From positions 1,736,001-1,800,000 of the forward strand of contig SMSO01000036.1 in assembly GCA_004764695.1 (NCBI GenBank): a stretch of DNA of 64,000 bases. Reading direction: 5' to 3'. The position numbers and the translations under genes were made by a program. Below, piece after piece: positions 58,550 through 64,000 of this stretch. Below the pieces are notes generated by a model that saw nothing but the letters and a program-made list of their open reading frames with translations, did not search any database and was not told the DNA's origin. This DNA is from Schizochytrium sp. TIO01. Taxonomy: Eukaryota; Protista; Bigyra: Labyrinthulomycetes. Every line of letters starts with the position of its first letter. Within the stretch, counting starts at the first letter, position 1.

Positions 58550-58828
58550 ATGCCTTCCGGTTGGGTCCGCAAGCTTAGCAGCGCTGACAGCGTGAGCAGC
58601 GTGAGCAGCAACAGCAGCGTAAAGAGCTTCAAGAGTGCGAGCAGCTTCCGCTCTGGCGCCTCAAGGTGGTGCCGCAAGAACTGCCAGAACTGCAACATGG
58701 TCTTCTGCGGCGAGGGCGAGTTCTGCACGCACGAGTGTAGACTCAGCTTCTCTGTGCGGGACTACCCTGAGGAGGCTATCGATGAGCGTCTGCAGGATCT
58801 TGGCGGTCTTGCCTGCCACTTCGACTAA
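58550..58828 (+). CDS. 92-aa microprotein with Ser/Arg/Lys-rich N-terminus and FCS/FLZ/TRASH-type zinc finger
   Basis: ATG in an A-rich context (aagaacaATG). Strong C/G third-position bias like the eIF2-alpha gene (AGC, AAG, TTC, TGC, GAG). Motif CQNC-x9-FCTHECR. A UTR-like CA-rich tail follows. Confidence 0.75.
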   Translation: MPSGWVRKLSSADSVSSVSSNSSVKSFKSASSFRSGASRWCRKNCQNCNMVFCGEGEFCTHECRLSFSVRDYPEEAIDERLQDLGGLACHFD

Positions 58829-60524
58829 GCGTTAGAATTATCTCTCGCCACAACTCAAGACCCCCTTCTCTTCGGAGTCACCATGGAGCAGCGTCGCATC
58901 TCTACTCACACATAATTTGACGCAAGCTCCCTAACTCAACATGAATGTAAAATATCAGCTTTGCAGTGATGAACACACACACCACACATGACATCTTTGC
59001 TCCTCTCTCGAGGGCAAAGTCAAACACCGCAGCAGTGACTGGCAGCTCTCATGATGCATGCCCTGTGCAAGCAAGCCATCATGTAGCCTCACCTCAAATT
59101 TAATAATATATATGGGATAGGGACCTCCTAGCCGGGAACCCTCTTACCACATGCCCAAACTCAACACATCTACACTATCCGCATCTTTCTACAAGCGTTA
59201 GCCCTGTCTCTTAGTGTCCATCCTCGAGTAATTTAGCTCTGTATCTGATACGCCTTGCTCTTAACTAGTAACCGAGCATAATCCTGTCGAAACAGTTAGC
59301 CTTCTACTCAGAAACCCTCGTTAGTGAAACATAGATAGCATAAAATCAACTTTTTAGGACCTACAACTTCTTATGTACTTTCCTCATAATCACTTCCCCC
59401 CTTGTGTATCTTTTACTATGGATATTCAGCCAGTCACATAATTACTTGAAGCTAGGCAGCAGGTATGCCTTCTCCCTTATCGCCAGGCTCTCAGCACTTA
59501 ATATATTGGAAAAAGTAGGTTGGCGCTAATGGCTACCTAGTATTACATATTTTAAACTTTCTCTCTCTCTCAACCTGTAAATCTGTTATGGCCCACGATG
59601 CGCATACAGATATGGATTGACATGCGGTGGAGCGAAGGATAAGGATAGAGAGAACTCAAAACGCAGGACCCTATCACCTACCTACTACTTCATTAGACTA
59701 TCATGTATTTTACTTGCCGATTGGATTACCACACTCATGCCAGAAACGTAGAGCTATCAGCTCGAAAAGTTATTCCGTTGTTTGGACTTTTTCATGGGGC
59801 GTTCCTTGTTATCATTGCGCAATCCAGGATAAAATTCGAAATCAAGACAAGTATCTTTAAGACCTCCTTTCGCGACTCTCTTTTGCGAAGCGATTAGATA
59901 CAATATCTGGGCTGAAAATGCAAGTACCTAACCGGCTGGATTCCTCTATGCGGAGTTCACAACAGAGAAACTTGGATACAGACCAACCAATCAAGCTTTG
60001 TGTCTCGGCAAGTAGCAAACAATCAGTTTCTAAGCACCCTGAAGACACCATTTAGTTGATATGGGTAATGATTTGGACTTGTCTTTCTATCCAAGCCAGA
60101 GTATATTAATGTGAATAGCCTCCGCTAGTGAGAATCATAATTCAAAAAACGGGAAAGTAGTGAATATAAAGAGGTTAGGAAAACACAGGCCACAAAGCAA
60201 ACGAATTCGATGGGGAGACGCATATTCTATATATTCTATTATATATAAGAAGCAAGCTTGTTAAAGTCGTAATGATGTCTATACTTTTATGGTTGGTATG
60301 GTTGTTGTAATAGTTGTGGTCTTGTCTTCAATTTCTCACACATAATTATGGAGGAACAAGAGAAGCAAGTTTTTTTTCAATCGATCTCGCAATCCCTCCT
60401 GCTCATGGCAGCGGTGTTGACAGTGTCCCAGAGGCCCAACAGCATGGTGACAAAGCTATTGTGGATCTTGAAGGTGTGATAATGTGAACCGTGAATGAAT
60501 AAGAGACTGGCGCACACATAAAGC

Positions 60525-61490
60525 TTACTCCTCGTCGTCGTCACCGTCGATCTGGCGGTTCTCGTTCTCGAGCTGCTCCATAAGGAGCTTGAGCGAGTGC
60601 TCCTCCTCATCGGAAGTCACGTGCGGCTCCGCAGAAACATTGAGGTTACCCTTGTGGTCGGTGATAACCTTGCGAATAGCCTCGATGGAACGGTTCATGG
60701 CATCAAATCCCTCGGTCTTGTTGAGCGAAGTGGTGAGCATGACGTATCTGGGCGGTGCAATGAGCTTAATCTTGATGCCCTTGCCCTCCTTCTCAGTGGC
60801 CTCTCCAGCCTTGAGCGCGGCAATAATTGCATCAATACCCTCCGGCTGGTAGCAGACAACCTCAATATCAGCGCGAATCTTGATGGGTTTCGGGGTCATC
60901 TTGCGGCGTACAACAGTCATAAGCTGGCTGATAATGGTGGGGTCCACGTCGAGGCCTCCAAAGACCTTCTCGGGGTCGTTGATAGCCATGCGGAAGGCCT
61001 GGTGAGTGTTCTGGTAAGGGGCCTTAGCGAGCGGCCATGCGATCTTCTCGTTAAGCTCGAGAAGGTTGCTTCCAGTGGTCTCAGCGAGGTGGCGCATGAT
61101 GGAGTTCACCTCCTTGCCCTTGCTGTAGCGCTCCTCGCACTTGATAATGTCCTCCTTGGACACACGACGCTTACTGAGATCAATGTAGCCCTTCTCGCGG
61201 TCAACACGGATAACCATGGCAACCTCGAGCTTGCCAACGCGGATAAGCTTGTTGATGGAACGGAACCGCCTGCGGGAAAGCTCGCTGAGCAGAATCATAC
61301 CCTCGATGTTGTTGTACTCAAGAAGAGACACATAAGCACCCATCTCTGCAATGCTCTTAACCTGCACCATGACGCACTCCTCGAGGGCAGGGAACTGCTC
61401 CTCGTAGAAGCGGCAAGAGAGACGGAGCTCGCGCTCCTCACGCTCCTGCGTGGAGATCATCTCCGCGGACTCCTCAGCGGCTCCAGACAT
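60525..61490 (-). CDS. EIF2S1: Eukaryotic translation initiation factor 2 subunit alpha
   Basis: CRFYEEQFP...VMVQVKSIAEMGAYVSLLEYNNIEGMILLSELSRRRFRSINKLIRVG (Ser51 site), KGYIDLSKRRV, KIRADIEV, IKLIAPPRYV, acidic C-terminus. Confidence 0.98.
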   Translation of the reverse strand: MSGAAEESAEMISTQEREERELRLSCRFYEEQFPALEECVMVQVKSIAEMGAYVSLLEYNNIEGMILLSELSRRRFRSINKLIRVGKLEVAMVIRVDREKGYIDLSKRRVSKEDIIKCEERYSKGKEVNSIMRHLAETTGSNLLELNEKIAWPLAKAPYQNTHQAFRMAINDPEKVFGGLDVDPTIISQLMTVVRRKMTPKPIKIRADIEVVCYQPEGIDAIIAALKAGEATEKEGKGIKIKLIAPPRYVMLTTSLNKTEGFDAMNRSIEAIRKVITDHKGNLNVSAEPHVTSDEEEHSLKLLMEQLENENRQIDGDDDEE

Positions 61491-62338
61491 CTTGGGCGTA
61501 GATTTGAATAGGTTGGACGAGATTGCTCAATTGGCAGATGAACTGTTGAGTGGTTTGGAAAGGAACGGCGAAGAAGAGAGCGGAAAGGAAACCTCGAGAA
61601 GACGAGGAAGTTATTTAGCAGGAAGGTCCACGCGGTGGGAGAACAGCACGAGTGCGCGGAAGACCTCACGCTCGCTCGCAACGAGACTCTGCGGTGCCGG
61701 CCTCGCTCCAAGTGGCGGAGCCCATCATTCTCCATGACGGGATATCCCGCTAATAGTAACTATAATAACCAACCATTTATCGGGAATTTCCGACTTTCAC
61801 CCATGCCCGCCTCTCAATCGATCTTCGCTCTCTCTCTCTCTCTTTGCTTCAATAGCTCTGTTTTATTATGTTTTCTCGATTCACTTTTTTTCTCGTAATA
61901 CTGACTATTGATCTCTTAATGTATTCGTTAGGATGCACATTAAAACTATTTTTAATATCAGAAGAAACAAAATAAAAGCTGATGTTACTATAATCCTCTT
62001 ACATCGCCAGCACTACTATAAGTTATAGACTAAACTTTTCATTTTAAATAGAAACATAACCTATTATTGTAGAGTATTGTTTTTTTTAGTCGAGCCAAGT
62101 GCAATATAATAGAGATGTAACTGTAGAAAATGGGTATTATTACACAGTTTAGAAGAATATCTATAAGTAGGAGGAGCTATAGAAAAGGCAGGAAGCAGAA
62201 TAACTAAATGGACGAAGCTACAACTCGACCTTGAGACTGCCAAAGCTGCTGCAGGCGTGCTGCGCAGAGATTGATGCTAAACACCATCCTCAGGTTTCAG
62301 GAAAGTTAGGGACCGGCCTTCGGCTGCTACTCAGAATA

Positions 62339-63724
62339 ATGGAGGAGGCAAATACGGTTGTGGCGACGAGTGAAGTGGAGGATACTAAAGCCACCACTGT
62401 TGCTGTTGAGCAAACTGCAAACTCACAAAGTAAACCTGGAGATACAGCGCCGAAAGTTGACAGCAAGGACGATAATATGGGGAACACTTCAAGTGCTGGT
62501 GCGGGAGACAACGATGTTGAAATGAAGGAAGCTAGTATTGACAAGGAGCATGTAGATGGAGTTTCAAAGAAGCCCACAACAAATTCAGATCAACTTAAAT
62601 CCACGGAAGGCCAGAAATCCAAGGGGGGAAATGAGAGCTGTGCAGATAAGGAAACGGTAAAGCAGCCAAAAGATGAGACAAAAGCAACGAAGGAGGCATC
62701 GCAGGACAATCTCTCATCAGACAAGGTAGTTACCCAAAACGCATCAGGTTCTGGAGATGGGAGTTCTCACGAAGTCAGTAGTAAACCCTCTTCTCTCGCA
62801 GCTACTGGAGATAATTCGCAGAAGGAGAAGACCTTAGAGTCAAAAAATTCTCAAGGGCTCGAGCAACAGTCAATTGTAAAAGAGACATCCACAGTTCATC
62901 TTCGCAAAGAAGATCAAGAAGATTCTGACAGTACTGAACTTCATACGACCAGAGCAACAGAGCCTACTAACGTCTCTCCATCTAAGCCTTCTGAAAAGAA
63001 ATTAATCGAGAAGGACTCAGATATTGTATCAACTACTGGAAATCTGCTGAAGAAGACAGCTCATGAGATTCCTAAAAACGAGAGTACCTCTATCAAGAAA
63101 GACCCAGTCCCAGTGCCCACCGCCATACCCGCACCACAAACGAAAAACACAACGTTAGAGGTGACAAAGCGAGAATCTGTGGACCCTAAACCTGGACAAA
63201 AAGATAGTGAAGCTCCTCTGAAGCTAAAGAAGCGTCCACGCAGGTGCATCGACCCAATTCTTGAGGCGCAAAATGATATCTTAGAGCAGCGCGTTACTCG
63301 TGAAGTGATTGGAAGGTTACAAGAAACAGGAAGTCTTGAAGCCAATGACCTTGTCGACATGTGTGAAAGCCTTGGGTGCACCCACAATGTCATGGTACGT
63401 ATTATTCGTCTACTTGTCGCCACGCCTCTTGTGGAGGAATTGCCATTGTTAGGTGACTCCCTTCGTGGCGATAGAAAGTTTCTCTTTCGCCACGGTGTCG
63501 GTCTTGGTCGTCGAGTTGACCTTGCCACACTGTCTAGTCGAATTGAACATCTCGAAAAGGAGATTGAGCAAACACAGGAGCGTACAAAACGTATTAAACA
63601 GCTCGAAAAATCCCAAGACCTTTCCGAGGAAAAACTTCAAGAAATTTTATCTGGTCAACCAGATACGGTCAAAGAACTTCCTGTTTACAAGCATCTTATC
63701 GAAAATCTTCAACGTCAGACTTAA
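62339..63724 (+). CDS. Uncharacterised protein: long disordered N-terminus, NLS-like KKRPRR, winged-helix-like segment and coiled coil
   Basis: Long uninterrupted ORF; first ATG at 62339 (MEEANTVV). Folded-looking C-terminus VTREVIGRLQETGSLEANDLVDMC...IIRLLVATPLVEE...LSSRIEHLEKEIEQTQERTKRIKQL. Confidence 0.75.
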   Translation: MEEANTVVATSEVEDTKATTVAVEQTANSQSKPGDTAPKVDSKDDNMGNTSSAGAGDNDVEMKEASIDKEHVDGVSKKPTTNSDQLKSTEGQKSKGGNESCADKETVKQPKDETKATKEASQDNLSSDKVVTQNASGSGDGSSHEVSSKPSSLAATGDNSQKEKTLESKNSQGLEQQSIVKETSTVHLRKEDQEDSDSTELHTTRATEPTNVSPSKPSEKKLIEKDSDIVSTTGNLLKKTAHEIPKNESTSIKKDPVPVPTAIPAPQTKNTTLEVTKRESVDPKPGQKDSEAPLKLKKRPRRCIDPILEAQNDILEQRVTREVIGRLQETGSLEANDLVDMCESLGCTHNVMVRIIRLLVATPLVEELPLLGDSLRGDRKFLFRHGVGLGRRVDLATLSSRIEHLEKEIEQTQERTKRIKQLEKSQDLSEEKLQEILSGQPDTVKELPVYKHLIENLQRQT

Positions 63725-64000
63725 ATCATCTGCAACATAAGGTGCTGACAACGTTGGAGCAACGCGACAGCTCAAATCTTAACCTTAAATGCGCTCAAGC
63801 TATGTACATTAAAAAATAAAATAAAAATATAGGTCGCTTTCACAATATTACAACACAAACGTTAGAATTCCAACATTCGTGGGAAAGTTTATTGGAGTCT
63901 TATTTGCTAGCCACGTTGCAAAGTATATCTATTCTTCTCGTGATCTTATTCGAGCTCAAGAAAGCTAGCTGTTCCTCAAATTAGTGATCAGCCAATAGAC

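Noticed and set aside
61250-61290. ELSRRRFRS instead of ELSRRRIRS next to eIF2-alpha Ser51
   Set aside because: From memory, Phe at this position also occurs in other protist eIF2-alpha proteins (apicomplexans); Ser51 and KGYID are intact.
60597-61511. 304-aa ORF antisense to eIF2-alpha
   Set aside because: Shadow ORF expected from the strong codon bias of a highly expressed gene; no recognisable motifs.

Overview
Eukaryotic, intron-poor genomic DNA of moderate GC, rich in microsatellites. Gene content and style suggest a stramenopile protist such as a thraustochytrid (inference, not verified). The first 40 kb is fairly gene-dense. It holds a 5'-truncated TPR+cNMP-binding protein, a spliced CH+TBC protein lacking the Rab-GAP catalytic fingers, and a CaaX-ending protein resembling a bacterial DUF family. 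It also holds a CaM kinase with a degenerate visinin/NCS-like tail, a full ABCB/MDR transporter with a Cys-rich loop insertion, and a piggyBac-like transposase-derived gene without a catalytic core. Further on are an ADAT1/ADAR-type deaminase, a Cys/Met-rich Ctr copper transporter, a receptor-like RING-H2 ligase, a three-exon 5'(3')-deoxyribonucleotidase and a small membrane protein. An ~18.5 kb stretch (40.0-58.5 kb) has no credible long ORF; it is full of SSRs and has dense clusters of the hexamer AGATTC/GAATCT. It ends at a 92-aa FCS/FLZ-like zinc-finger microprotein. eIF2-alpha and an unknown protein with a winged-helix/coiled-coil-like C-terminus close the window. The best 'system' candidate is the microprotein with its very large, motif-clustered upstream region. 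No rRNA, tRNA, CRISPR array or intact mobile element was recognised. All family assignments come from motif recognition by eye and need HMM confirmation.
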